The notes beneath the pieces are model-generated. The model was not told the DNA's origin. It saw nothing but the letters and a program-made list of their open reading frames with translations, and did not search any database. Below are positions 1-12,106 of a stretch of 64,000 nt of DNA, in pieces (position 1 is the stretch's first letter; the number at the start of each line of letters is the position of its first letter). This DNA is from Cyanophora paradoxa CCMP329 (lineage: Eukaryota > Plantae > Glaucophyta): positions 124,001-188,000 of the forward strand of contig QPMI01000609.1 of assembly GCA_004431415.1 (NCBI GenBank), written 5' to 3'. Made by a program: the position numbers and the translations under genes.

Positions 1-845
1 ATTTATATCGAGATGAAGCTCTGCTGGCTCGCTCTGTCGCCGCGATCGATCGGCGTGACCATCAACCAAGGGGCCCCGGCGAAGGCGCGGCACCCAGGCG
101 CGCGGCACAGGCTCTGCTGGGGCCGGGAAAGCGACAAACGAAAGCTATTTGAGTGCTTCAAATGCTTTACAAGGCAGCAGGCGCCGGTCGGGCCGGGCCG
201 GCAGGGGTGGGGCCCCTCAAACGCCCGCCCCCCTGCCACCCGCGCCCCTGCCACCCCTGCTGCCCGCCGAGCCTCCTCCCCGTCCGATGAGCCGAGCCGC
301 CGCCCGCCGCGCCCCCGCCCCATGCGGCGAGCCCCCGCCCGGATGCAGGCGCGGGGCCGGCCCTGGGGAGGACGGGCGTGGTTCCGCGCGCGGGCCCATC
401 GATATCATTCTCATGCATATGATCAGGTGCCCCCCTCCGTGGCTCACTCCCTCGATGCGATTCTTCTGTGTCGCGCCCGGCGGCCCCTGCTCACCTTATA
501 TAAACTGACTCCCAATGTAATAGATGTCGCAGTGCTCGGATGCAGGCGCGGGGCCCGCCCTGGGGAGGACGGGCGTGGTTCCGCGCGCGGGCCCATCATT
601 CTCAGGTGCCCCCCTCACTCCCTCGATGCGATTCTTCTGTGTCGCGCCCGGCGGCCCCGGCTCACCTTATATAAACTGAATCCCAATGTAATAGATGTTG
701 TTTCGCAGTGCTCGGATGCAGGCGCGGGGCCCGCCATGGGGAGGACGGGCGTGGCTCCGCGGGCCCATCATTCTCAGGTGCCCCCCTCACTCCCTCGATG
801 CGATTCTTCTGTGTCGCGCCCGGCGAACCCCGGCTCACCTTATAT
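1..845. repeat. Dispersed repeat family: unique leader (1-~110) followed by ~3 degenerate units of a ~175-bp tandem repeat; paralog of 48434-49696
   Basis: 1-110 nearly identical to 48434-48550; units containing GGATGCAGGCGCGGGGCCCGCCCTGGGGAGGACGGGCGTGGTTCC...CTCACCTTATA recur at ~342, ~538 and ~715. Confidence 0.9.
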
Positions 846-959
846 TAGAGTGATAGTATCAGCTTCTGGAAGCCCGGATGTATGAACTTGACCTTCGCGG
901 CCCGCTTTATAGCTAGCTAACTGTAATGAATTCTGGACATTGTCTTGAGATTGTGCGTA

Positions 960-1335
960 TATTCCATGGGATCGAAATGTCGAGATTCGAGGAGATAATG
1001 GGGATAATGTCAAAACCGGGGCCCCGGCTCATCTCACCAAAATTTCGCCAGAATATCCGTGATTCTCGAGATTGTGCGCGAATTTCGGGGGAAATGTCAA
1101 AACCGGAAACCGGCGTGGCCCGACTTCTCGCCAGAATTTCACCAGAATTTCGCCAGAATATTCGTGATTCTCGAGATTGTGCGCGAATTTCGGGGGAAAT
1201 GTCAAACCCGGAAACCGGCGTGGGCCCGACTTCTCGCCGGAATCTCACCAGAATTTCGCCAGAATATTCGTGATTCTCGAGATTGTGCGCGAATTCGGAG
1301 GAAAATGTCAAATCGGCAAACGCTTTGGCCCGACC
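960..1335. repeat. ~105-bp tandem repeat (3-4 units)
   Basis: AATGTCAAA..CCGG...GCCAGAATATTCGTGATTCTCGAGATTGTGCGCGAATT recurs at ~1005, 1091, 1196 and 1302. Confidence 0.9.
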
Positions 1336-1489
1336 CCGAGTTCTAATTCTCTCTCAAAATTTTATCGCCGGCCTCGCTCGTCGCGATTTTTCGCTCTCGT
1401 TCTTCTGTATTTTCTGTATTTCTGTAGTGTATGTGCTCGAGTGTGGTTTTCAAGAAGGACAGGGATGCAAGGCGGGGTGCGCCGCGGCG

Positions 1490-2485
1490 GAGCGGGGCGG
1501 GCAGGGGCCGGCGCGGGGCGCGATCCCGGAGTCCGGCCTGTGCGCGGGCGTCAGCGCGGCTCGCGGCGGGCGGGGAGGCGGCGGGGGCGGCGCGGACCTG
1601 GCCTCAGCCCCGTCGGCCAGGCGGGGCGCGCCGCGGCGGGGCGGGGCGGGCAGGGGCCGGCGCGGGGCGCGATCCGGCCTGTGTGCGGGCGTCAGCGCAG
1701 CTCGCAGCGGCGGGAAGGCGGCGAGGGCGGCGCGGACCTGGCCTCAGCCCCGTCGGCGAGGCGGGGCGCGCCGCGGCGGGGCGGGGCGGGCAGGGGCCGG
1801 CGCGGGGCGCGATCCGTCCTGCGCGCGGGCGTCAGCGCGGCTCGTGCCGGGCGGGGAGGCGGCGGGGGCGGCGCGGACCTGGCCTCAGCCCCGTCGGCGA
1901 GGCGGGGCGCGCCGCGGCGGGCGGGGCGGGCAGGGGCCGGCGCGGGGCGCGATCCGGCCTGCGCGCGGGCGTCAGCGCGGCTCGTGGCGGGCGGGGAGGC
2001 GGCGGGGCGGCGCGGACCTGGCCTCAGCCCCGTCGGCGAGGCGGGGCGCGCCGCGGCGGGCGGGGCGGGCAGGGGCCGGCGCGGGGCGCGATCCGGCCTG
2101 CGCGCGGGCGTCAGCGCGGCTCGTGCCGGGCGGGAGGCGGCGGGGGCGGCGCGGACCTGGCCTCAGCCCCGTCGGCGAGGCGGGGCGCGCCGCGGCGGGC
2201 GGGGCGGGCAGGGGCCGGCGCGGGGCGCGATCCGGCCTGCGCGCGGGCGTCAGCGCGGCTCGCGGCGGGCGGGGAGGCGGCGGGGCGGCGCGGACCTGGC
2301 CTCAGCCCCGTCGGCGAGGCGGGGCGCGCCGCGGCGGGGCGGGGCGGGCAGGGGCCAGCGCGGGGCGCGATCCGGCCTGTGTGCGGGCGTCAGCGCAGCT
2401 CGCAGCGGGCGGGAAGGCGGCGAGGGCGGCGCGAACCTCGCCGCGAGGCGGGGCTCGCCGCGGCAGGGCGGGGCGGGCGGGGCAT
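1490..2485. repeat. ~140-bp GC-rich minisatellite (~7 units)
   Basis: CGCGGACCTGGCCTCAGCCCCGTCGG at 1591, 1731, 1872, 2011, ~2150 and ~2289; the long R/G/A ORFs here are artefacts. Confidence 0.93.
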
Positions 2486-2919
2486 GATGTGCCTAGATAG
2501 CGCGCTATACAGCTGTATGATGAGGCCTGTAGGCCATCGGCTCCAGTGAGCAACTACCGCAGTATCACGAGCGCGCGCGGCTAGGCTAGGACGAAAGCAC
2601 TTCTCCGAAGCTTTTGCATGTCTTCTGACGGGCTAGCTTGCGCGGAGCGACACGTTGAAGGGCGATCGTACTCGCGCCACTGGTGCCGGTGCGCGAGGGC
2701 ACAGACAACGTTGAAACTGCTTCCAGAACATAGCTGTCGCTACGCCTCGCCTCCTACGCCTCCGCTTCTATGTGCGACGGAGCCTGCTATCTGGAGCTGA
2801 TTTCGGCGGGGGATAGCTCATTTCGGCATTTGCCGAAATCGTACCCGAAATAATTCTCGCTGTGCACAGGGCGATACACGAGGGCTTGCTGCGGCGCCGC
2901 TCGCGGAGCCCCAGGCGCA

Positions 2920-3545
2920 AGTGAGGACCTGGAGTTGGACATCTCCACCCCCCTGGCGGCGCTGCTGGACAAAGAGCCAGCCTTTCTCGCCGAGGGGGAC
3001 CCCGCCGCCCCCCGCGCCCCCCCGGCCGCGGGCGAGGCCCCGGGCCAGGCCCCCGCGGCCAACCGCTTCCCGCCCCCGCCCGCCGGGCCGGCCGGCCCGG
3101 GCCCAGGTCCAGGTCGGCTACGTATACGGCCGCACTGCGGCAGAGTCCTCTTCGAGCAAGCGCTTGAAACTCTCGGACTGAAATGGAATGCTTTTGTTCG
3201 CCCTGATCATGAGCCCTGTCACGTGCACAGTGCATGCGCACGTGTGTATGCCATGATGCGCTAAAGCCGTCTACTACGATAGCTAGCGCTTTGACAATTT
3301 GCCGCGGTGCAAGGTTTACATACATGTGCAAGGTTCGCAAGGTGAAATTATTCGAAATCGTTTGCGGCGCGGCGCCGGCGCTGGCGTCGGCGTCTGCACG
3401 CCCTTCGGCGCGCTGGCCATGGCCGCTCAAGCTTGTTCGGGGAACCTCTCGCGAAGGATGCCGTCAATTTCCGCCTGCACGGCCTCGTCGAGGCAGCCTT
3501 CGCACGCCCAGTCGACGTCGAATTTCACGCGCGCGTTGACCTCCG
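2920..3545 (+). pseudogene. Gene fragment or small gene carrying a paralog of the LELDIxTPLAALL segment of the downstream gene
   Basis: 2925-3055 encodes LELDISTPLAALLDKEPAFLAEGDPAA versus LELDIPTPLAALLEEEPTFLSDGDPAA at ~6634-6714; further exon-like pieces RVLFEQALETLGLKWNAF and LFGEPLAKDAVNFRLHGLVE. Confidence 0.3.
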
Positions 3546-4000
3546 GCCGCGCGTCGGCGCCGGCCGTGCGCGCGCACGCGCCGCGCGCGCCTCGATATCG
3601 ATCATACCTGCACGCTCTTCAGACCTCTAGATCGACATTCGGTCCGGGATCCGACGCTCGCGATGCCATCGATCGCAGGCGCGCGCGCGCCGGCTTCGAA
3701 TTCGCTGCAGCTGCGTCGAAGTACCCCCCACGCGCCGATCCCCCCCTCCCCTGCCCCCCTGGGCCAGGGCTTGAGCCGGCTTGAGCCGGCCAAAAGCCGG
3801 CCAAGCGCTTGACGTCGACCGCCCAGCCCGGCTTGAGCTTTGGCTCAAGCGCTTGACGGCAAGCCGCAGGCCTAGGCGTACGGCGCCGGCGGCGCCGGCC
3901 GCGGCGGCGGTCCGCCAGCGGACCGTTGCCACGGTTGGTCCGGCGTTGGACCGTCGATATCGATTGACCTCGGACGCTCGAGGCTCGGAGTACCGTAGTA

Positions 4001-4538
4001 TAGGGTTGCCGCGCTTGAGTTCAAGTGCACTTGAACTCAAGCGTTCAACTTGAGTTCAAGTTCAACGGTTTTAGTTCAAGCCGCCCGCTTGAATTCAAGC
4101 TTGAACGGGGACACCGCGGGTTCAAATCCCCGTGGCAGACCCACCAATTCCAGGGCGAAATCCCCTCAAAACGATGTCAGATGTGCATAAAAGATTCTGT
4201 CTTCGGCTATAAAGCTTCTCTGCATTCAAAAAGACCGTCAAACTGCCCGTTTCGAGGCTGGGCCTCCCTCAGGAAGCCTTACCTTATACCCCCCTCGGGA
4301 TGTCGACTGCACTTCACTGACTGAAAATCGTATGTCTAGCGATGGAAATCGGTAAGAAAGGCACTCTGTCACATCTGTGACGCGTTTGAGATCGAATTGG
4401 TGTCTGCAGCTGTTTCCTCATCTTTCGAATTCGGGGGCGCTCTCGTGGACTTGAACTCAAGCGCTTGAACGCTTGAGTTCAAGCGCCGTTCAAGTTCAAG
4501 CCGGGGTGGCTTGAACTCAAGCTTGAACGGCAACCCTA
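4001..4538. mobile_element. Non-autonomous hAT-type MITE
   Basis: 11-bp TIR TAGGGTTGCCG/CGGCAACCCTA; 8-bp TSD CCGTAGTA at 3993-4000 and 4539-4546; subterminal CTTGAGTTCAAG/CTTGAACTCAAG motifs at both ends. Confidence 0.92.
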
Positions 4539-5336
4539 CCGTAGTATACGCAATTGCAACGCTAGATCTAGACTCTGATCATGAGAGATTGAGACCTCCG
4601 GCCCTAGGCTCCGGGCCCCGGCCCCCGGGCGGGGCTGGGTGACTGGGTCCCGGAGTCCCGGACTCCCGGGCCCGGGGCCCTGGGCCTCCCGGCCTCCGGC
4701 CTCCAGGCTCCAGCCTCCAGGCTATAGCTACGGACCTACGGTCGGGTGCCGGTAGTGGCCGGGTACGTGAACTGACAGCACTGTAGCGGGTACTAGCGGC
4801 CCTTGTGACTCTAAGTTGTGAGAAGTTGTGACTCAGTGACCTGACTCAGTGAGGCGCTGCTAGCGCTTAAAAGCTTGCCGCCGCCGCTTGCAGTGCTGCA
4901 AGTTGCTGCCAAGTTGTGCCAACTTGCCAAGTTGCTGGCAACTTGCAGACGCAGCTGTAGGCTCCAGCTGCAGGGGGATTGTTTGCGCCGGGTCACCGCC
5001 GACTCACCGGGTCTTCATCGGCCGCGGACTCGCGTGGAGCCCATACGGTATGCATGGCCAGCGCTACGACCGTCGGACTCGCCTACGAGGCTAGGGTGAC
5101 GACGCGGCTTGAAGCGCTCCCATCATGATCAGCAGCTACCGTCCGGTCGACGTCTTGATCAGCCGCACTGCGGCAGCCGCAGCTGTGCAGCTTTTGTGAC
5201 GTTTCGTCCAAGCCCCTCGCGCTCTCTCCGAGCTCCGAGGGCGCCAAGCGTCTCGCGCGCGCCAGGATCGACGCGTACGTGTACGCACGCGTCTGGGCCA
5301 AGCGCGCGGCGGCGTCGGTGGCGGGCGCGAAGGCAG

Positions 5337-8300
5337 ATGCGCCCGCCAAGACATGAGGCGGGGGCGGAGGCGGAGGCGCCGCCCCTGCTCGGGGCGCACT
5401 CGGCCCTCCCGCTCGGCGCCAGTCTCGCGCAGCGCCCGCCCCCGATCGCGGCCCCCAGGCCCGCCTGGGCCGGCGCCGGAGCGCCCGGCAGCGCCGGCCC
5501 GGCCGCAGGGGCCGCCGCGGCGCCCCCCAGGTTCAGGGCGGTTCAGATCTCCCTCCTGCGCCGCAGCCGCACCCGTGCGCCGCCCCGCCCGCGCAACTGC
5601 GTTCCGAGTTCGAGGCTTGAGCTCACGCACGTGCACGGCGCGCGCTCTCTCTCTCTCTCCCCTTCTTTCTCAGGGCCCGGGGAGTGGGAGCGGGTGACGC
5701 CCGTGGTGGAGCCGGCGGGGGCCGCCAGCGCCCTTTTCTTCGACGTGGCGCCCAACGAGGAGCTGAGGCTGCGGCTCGCGGACCCCGCCGCCGACGGCGA
5801 CGCCCCCTGGGCCGGCGCCCGCGTCGCCGTCGCCATCGCCCCCGTCCTCGCCGGCGTCCGCGTGCGCCTGCGCCGTACCCCCCTCCCCTTCGCTTTCCCT
5901 TTTCATGTACACCCGAACGCCCCCGCGCAGCAAGCGACGTCGGCGGAGCTCGTGATGCCCATCGGGAAAAAAGTGCACGGGACACGCCCGCCCTTTCCCC
6001 TGTACCCCTCCCCAGCCCGGGCCCGCCTGACCCGCGCGCCCAGGGGGACAGCGTCGAATCGTTCGCCTTCGGCGCTCCGCCAAACGCGCAGGCCGAGGCG
6101 AGCAGCATCCGCCCCGCCCCCCGCGCCCAGCTGACGCCTCCCGGGCGCGCAGATGGTCTCCTCGTGGCTGGAGCCGGCGTACGGCCCCATAGGGCGGGAC
6201 CGCATCGTCCTGCGCTTCTCGGGGGCCCCTCTGGAGCCCCCGCGGCCCGCAAGCGCCAGCGCGGGGCCCCCCGCCCCGCCCCGCAAGCGCCCGGCCGCCG
6301 AGGCGCCGCCGGAGCCGCCGCCGGCCCGTGGACGCGGCGAGGGCGCGCCCCCGCGCCCCCGTCGCGCCCTTCGAGCCCGCGCTGGATCCGCTCCCCCGGC
6401 TCCGCCCCTACCCCCACCCCTCGTGGCGCCGCCTCTTCCCAACGCCGTACCCCCAGCGCCCCCTCCCCCAAGCCCGCGGCCGCCCAGCCCGCGAGCGGTC
6501 CCCGGCTGACCCCTCCACCTCCGGATCCTCGTACCCTGACCCCTCCACCTCCGGATCCTCGCACCCTGACCCCGCCCCCCCCTCGATCTCCCCCCCCTCC
6601 GCGGCCGCCTCCCCCCCCTGGGCCATGGACGGCCTGGAGCTGGACATCCCTACCCCCCTGGCGGCCCTGCTGGAGGAGGAGCCGACGTTCCTCTCCGATG
6701 GCGACCCCGCCGCCCTCCGCGCCCCGCCCGTCGACGCCCACGGCCAGGGCCAGGGCCAGGCCCCCGCACCGGACGCCGCCGGGGGCGCCGCCCTCACGCC
6801 CCAACGCATAGCCGTCTACTTCGGCGAGAACCTCGTCCAGGTACCCCGTTCCCTTTGCCCCGCCCCCCCCCCCCCCCCCCCCGCCCCCCCCCGCCCCCCG
6901 CTCTCCTTCGACTTCAAATTCTGATCCACCTCTTTTCTCCCCTTTCCAATCCGCCCCGTACCCCCCAGGCGTTCTCGGACCTCAACATCTCGCAACCCCC
7001 AGAGGAAGAGGAGAGCGAGCACACCGTGCACCGCATCCTCCTCTGTACCCCCCGCCCCCCCACCCCCATCCCCGCCCCGTCCCCCCGAGATTTGATCCGG
7101 CCCGCCGGGGCGCCAGGGGACACCCCCGAGAGGGGCCCCTCCGCCCCCCTCACGCTCACCCACCCCCCCTTCTTGATCACCGCCGACGTGCGCACGCGAA
7201 CTCCCCTCCCTTCGGCCCCGGCCCCGGCCCCCGGGCTGCCCGGCCGACACGGGGCTGCGCGCGCAGGTCAGCTCGAGCGAGAATAGCCCCCCGCTCCCCG
7301 ACGCCAAAACGACGTTCGTGTACCCCTCCTCTTGCACCCCCCACCCCACCCCCGGCCGAGCCGGCGCTTGCAGGGTGCTGATGACGCAGGACGACGTGCC
7401 GGCTTGGTCCGCGGATTCGTCCCCTGCCCCCCGCCCCACCTCCCGCCCCCTGCACTCGCGACCCGCAGCACCCCCCCCCCCCTCCCTTCGTTCGCAGGGA
7501 CCCGGCGGGACCCCCTCCCTTCCTCTTCAGCGGCGACGAAGAGCGCCGCCGGTTCACGCAGCGCGTCGAGGACGTGCGCCCACGGTCCCTGTACCCCTTC
7601 GCGCTGCCCCAGGCCACCGATTTCCCCCCCCCCCCCCCCCCCCCCCCCGTCCTCCCAGGCCCACGACCTCGTTCGGACGACGTGGCGGGCCGAGGACGGG
7701 GCCGTCCTAGCGAAGGTACCCCCTTCTCTCCCCTCCCCCCCTTGCCCCCTCCCAGCCCTGTACCCGTAAACCCGGTCGCGCATTTCCAGATGCTGTCGGA
7801 CGTGCGGGTGCTGGACACACCCCTCGTCTCCACCTACGCGGGGCGCCTCACCTTCCAGGTTCGCGTACCCCCGGCCGCCTTCCCCCCCCCCAAGCTTCAG
7901 CTGGCGCACGCGCAGGCGTGCCTGCACGCGGTGCGGGCGGCGGCCAAGGCCGAGGCCCCCGTGGACGCTATTGTGGCCGACCTCCTCGCGCCCCTCGCAC
8001 GCGCGTGCGCGCGCCCTTCTCACCCTTTCGCACTTCTTTCGCTTCTGAGGCGAGCCCTCGCCCCCCCCCCGCGCGCAGGCCCGAGGTGTACCCCTCCCCC
8101 CGCGAGGCGGCGGTCGCCTCCGCGGCCTGCTGCAACCTCGCCGCCGCCCTCGGCTGCGAGGCCGTGCGCCCTCAGGCTTCCTCACTTCCTTGAGCTTTAG
8201 CTTCCTTACCGTTAGGCTTTCTTGAGCTCGAGCTTTACTAAGCTCGAACTCCCTTGCTTCGTTAATTATAAGCTTCCACCCTTGCACCCCGGGCCCGCCG

Positions 8301-11300
8301 CCCGACCTTCCGGCGCTGACGCGCGCGCGCGGTCGCGATCGCGCCGCGATTGATCATGAGCCTAAGCTCCCTTGGGCTTCCGCCCGCCCGCCCGCCAGCC
8401 CGCCAGCCCGCCCCGCCCCGGCCCGCCTCTAGATCTTCGAATTCCGCCATCTACTCAAGCTTCCTCAAGCTCTCGCTTCCTAGAGCTTAAGCTTTGAGAT
8501 TGAACTCCCTGGCGATTGCGCAGGTGCAGCACGCGGACTACATGCTCTTCGCCCCCACGGAGGCCTTCCACGCGGTGCGTGCGGCCGGCGCCGCCCGCCC
8601 GCCCCGCGGCCGAGGCCGCCGCCGAGGCCGCCGCCGCCGGCGCCGGCGCCGACGCCGACGGGGCGCGCAGCTCTCGGCCAAGGCCCTCGCCATTGCCCGC
8701 GCCTGCGGCGTGCGCCCCCGCCCCGTCCCGCCCCCGCCGCCCCGCTAAGAACACTAGTACTCTTTCTAGATCAGCCAAGGTTTCAATATAGGCTTCCAGT
8801 ACAGAAACGTCCACCTCAAACACATAATTCTAACTGAATTATAGGAGCCGACGGCGCTGGCGGAGGCGCTCTTCCTCGCCGCGTGCCTCTGCTTCGCGGA
8901 GTACCGCGGCAACGACTGCTCCGACACCCTCTTCGAGGTTCTATATAGTTCTATATGATTTTAGTATTAAATTTATATAGTGTCTTATAAGACTTTTTCA
9001 TTATTGGTGATCCGACACCCTCTCCGAGGTGCTGGGGCTAGAACCCCGCCCCGCCCCGGGCCCCGGGGCCCGGGCTGAATCTCAGCGGGCGAGGCCTGGG
9101 GGCCCCATTCCAGTCCTGCCGCGGCCCCAGCCTGAGCGCAGCGGACGAGGAGGCCTAGCTATAGCTCCGGGGCCCGCGCCCGCCCGTCCTTCCGCCCGCC
9201 CCGCCTCAGGAACGCGATCTAGAGCGGCGGTGGCGGATCCGGATCGAAAGCCGAGCCGTCTAGAGCCGATCTCAGAGATCGCGCCCGCCATCGGGGCCCG
9301 GCCAGAGCGCGTCAAGGACTCTCTAGAGGGCCAGCCTTGGCGCGGCCCCAGCCTGAGCCCCGCCCCGCCCCGCCCCTCCCCGGGCCCCGGGCTGAAGCTT
9401 GATAGTGAGACCTAGGGGGGCCGTGGAGAGAGATAGATAGATGTAAGGCCTGCCGCGGCCCCAGCCTAGTCTGAGCCCCGCCCCGCCCCGCGCGCGACTG
9501 CAGCCTAGTCTGAGGCTGGCTTCTTTTGAGCTCGGCCTAGTCAGTCAGCCTTGGCGCAGCCCAAGCCCAGTCTGAGCCCTGCCCCGCCCCGCGCGCGATC
9601 GCGGCCGCAGGCGTGGAGCGTGCTGCTGAAGGCGGGCCTCTCGCCCTCGCGCGCCGAGGCCCGCATCGTCCGCTTCCTCGGCCTGGTCCACGGTGCGGCC
9701 CACGTCGCCGGCCCGCCTGCTTTAGTTTATTTATTAGGTGATCATCTCCTAGTCTCCGGCCTGCCTGGTTAAGAACTAGTCTCCAAGTCTACCGCACCAG
9801 TACTAGTCTCCTAGTCTGCCGCCGTCCGCTTCCTCGGCCTCGTCCACGGTGCGAAATGAGGGCGCGGCCCGCCGGACGCTTAACTCCGCCCCGGCCGGCC
9901 GGCCTCATTCAAACTCCTGGTCTAGTCTAGCTATGGTGTACTGCCCCGGCCCGGCCTTCCGCTGGGACTGATCGATATCGCGGGCCGGGCCGGGCGGGGG
10001 CAGTCTTCACGGGGCGGACGGAGATGGCGGACCACTTCCTCTCGTGCGCTCGCTCACCCGCGCCCCGGCCGCTCCCGCTCGAGGCGGCCGCTCCCGCTCG
10101 GGTCCGATCTGATCTGCACGCGCGCAGGCGGATGTACTGGTACACGGAGGGGGACGACGACGCCGTCCTCGCCGTCGAGGGCCTCACCGCCGAGTGTGCG
10201 TGCACACGGCCCCTCGGAGGAGGAGGAGGAGGGTCGAGCCAGGCCCGGGCTCACGGCCTTCTTTCTTTCTTTCCTTCAGACTTCCGGGAGGGCCAGAAGG
10301 GGGACTTCGGGAGGCAGGTGGGCGTCGCGGAGCGCGCCATCGAGCTCTGCCAGCGCCTCGCCGAGCCCCCCAAGTGCGCCCCCCGCGAACTCGAAGCCGA
10401 ACTCGAAGCGCGGAATTAAACTTGCCGGGCGCCACTCCGCGCCCGGCCCCGCGCCTCCCGAGCCCGGGGCCCCGCGAGAGCCGTCCCGTTGGTTTGACGC
10501 CCTTTGTTTTCCCCTCCGAAGGCCCCGGATCTACCGCTTCATGATCGTGCGCAGTACCCCCCTCTAAACCCTCCCCTCCCCTCCCCCGTTCCCGACCGGC
10601 GCCCCGCCCTTGCCCGACGCCGCCCCCGCCCGCCCCCCAGTCCAAGTTCTTCGCCATGAGCCGCGCCCGTGCGCCCCGGCCCGGCCCCCGTCGTCCCGTG
10701 TCCCCACTGATCCTTTGCAATCCGGTACCCCCAGGGCGCTTCATCGCGTCGTACCGGGCCTTTCGGGCGGCGGTGGAGTACGCGAAGGAGAACAACCTCC
10801 TGGGGTACAGCGACTTCGACGTCATCGTGCCCTCTACCCCCCCTACCCTTCCGCCCCCTTCCCCGTCCCCCACCGACGGCCCTCCTGCAGGGGTACACGC
10901 GCACCTGGTGGTGGATGAGGTGGGCCCTGGCCAAGCCGCCCTTGGCCCCCTTCCCCCGCCCCTGCGTTGCCGACCCGGGGCCGGGGCGGGGGCGGGGCCG
11001 GGGCTGCAGCGGGCAGTTCTCGGTGGACACGACGCTGCGGCTCATCAAGACCCTCACCATCGTCTTCCGCCTCGTCGACCGCGGGCGCGCATGCCCCGGC
11101 CCGAAGAACCGGGACGGGCTCCTCCAGCGCGGCGCCTCAGCTGAGCGCCCCTTCGCGCAGGAACGAGACGCCGCTCCAGGCGCACCTCCTCTGGGCCTAC
11201 GGTACCCCCGCCCCGCCCCGCCCCGCCCCGCACCCCGCCCAGCAGCGGCGCAGGGGACTCGCTGTGGCGGGCGGGGCGCACTGCGGAGGCGGCCGTCGTC

Positions 11301-12106
11301 CTCGAGCAGAGCCTCCAGGTCCCTCCCAAGCCCCCGGCCCGTCCTCCCCCCCAGGAGTGGCTGACGCCGGCGGGGGCGCAGCTCTACGGGAAGTTCCCGC
11401 GGCTCTTCCCCCCCGACGCGCGCCGCGTCCGCCGCGTGCGCGAGGCGCTGGCGCGCGCCCGCGCGGGGCTCCTCCCCTAGCCCCCCGGGGCCCGCGAGCC
11501 CCCGCACCAGCCCCCTCACGAGTTCTTCTAGGCTCTATATAGCCCTAGTAGCTATGTGAACGTGCGCATGCTCTCTGCAGCTGATTCCCTCCGAGGCTCG
11601 GAGGGGGGCGGAGGAGGGGAGGGAGGAGGGGGGGGGGGGGGGGGGCTTCAAAGGACCATTTGAGCGCGATTCCGGGTCGAGTACTAGTTCATAACCCGAA
11701 TTGAAGTCATCATGCATGATGGCATGATCATTACTAGTATAGCGTGTTTCATCCCCCCTTCAACCCCCTCATTCCATATGGAAAGTCTGCAGCGGAAGCT
11801 CGGGGGCGCCCTCGTCGAGATCGCCTTCATGCTACCCCCCGACGTCCAGCGCCTCGTCGAGGCACGTACCCCCCTCCCTCTCGCCCCCAAACCGCGTAAC
11901 CCCCCCGCAGGACCAGAGCCGGGGCTTGAACCTTCTGATCCTGGGCAACCGCCGCTCGCACGCCGAGCTCATCGCCAAGCTCAAGGCAGGCCGGACCGCC
12001 CCCCCTTCGCATTCGCCCCCCGCGGGATCCGAACCCCGGACCGCAGGTGACGAACGTGGAGCGGGAGCCGGCGGCGCGGGTCCTGTGGAAGCAGCGCCTC
12101 GCCTGA
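5337..12106 (+). CDS. Large multi-exon hypothetical protein; possible split IPT/TIG-like segment and helical C-terminal region; start and 3' end uncertain (may stop at ~11480)
   Basis: Chain of short exons bounded by GT/GC...CAG, e.g. FFDVAPNEELRLRL, SWLEPAYGPIGRDRIVLRFSG, IAVYFGENLVQ, EPTALAEALFLAACLCFAEYRGND, GRFIASYRAFRAAVEYAKENNLLGYSDFDVI, VTNVEREPAARVLWKQRLA*. Confidence 0.55.
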
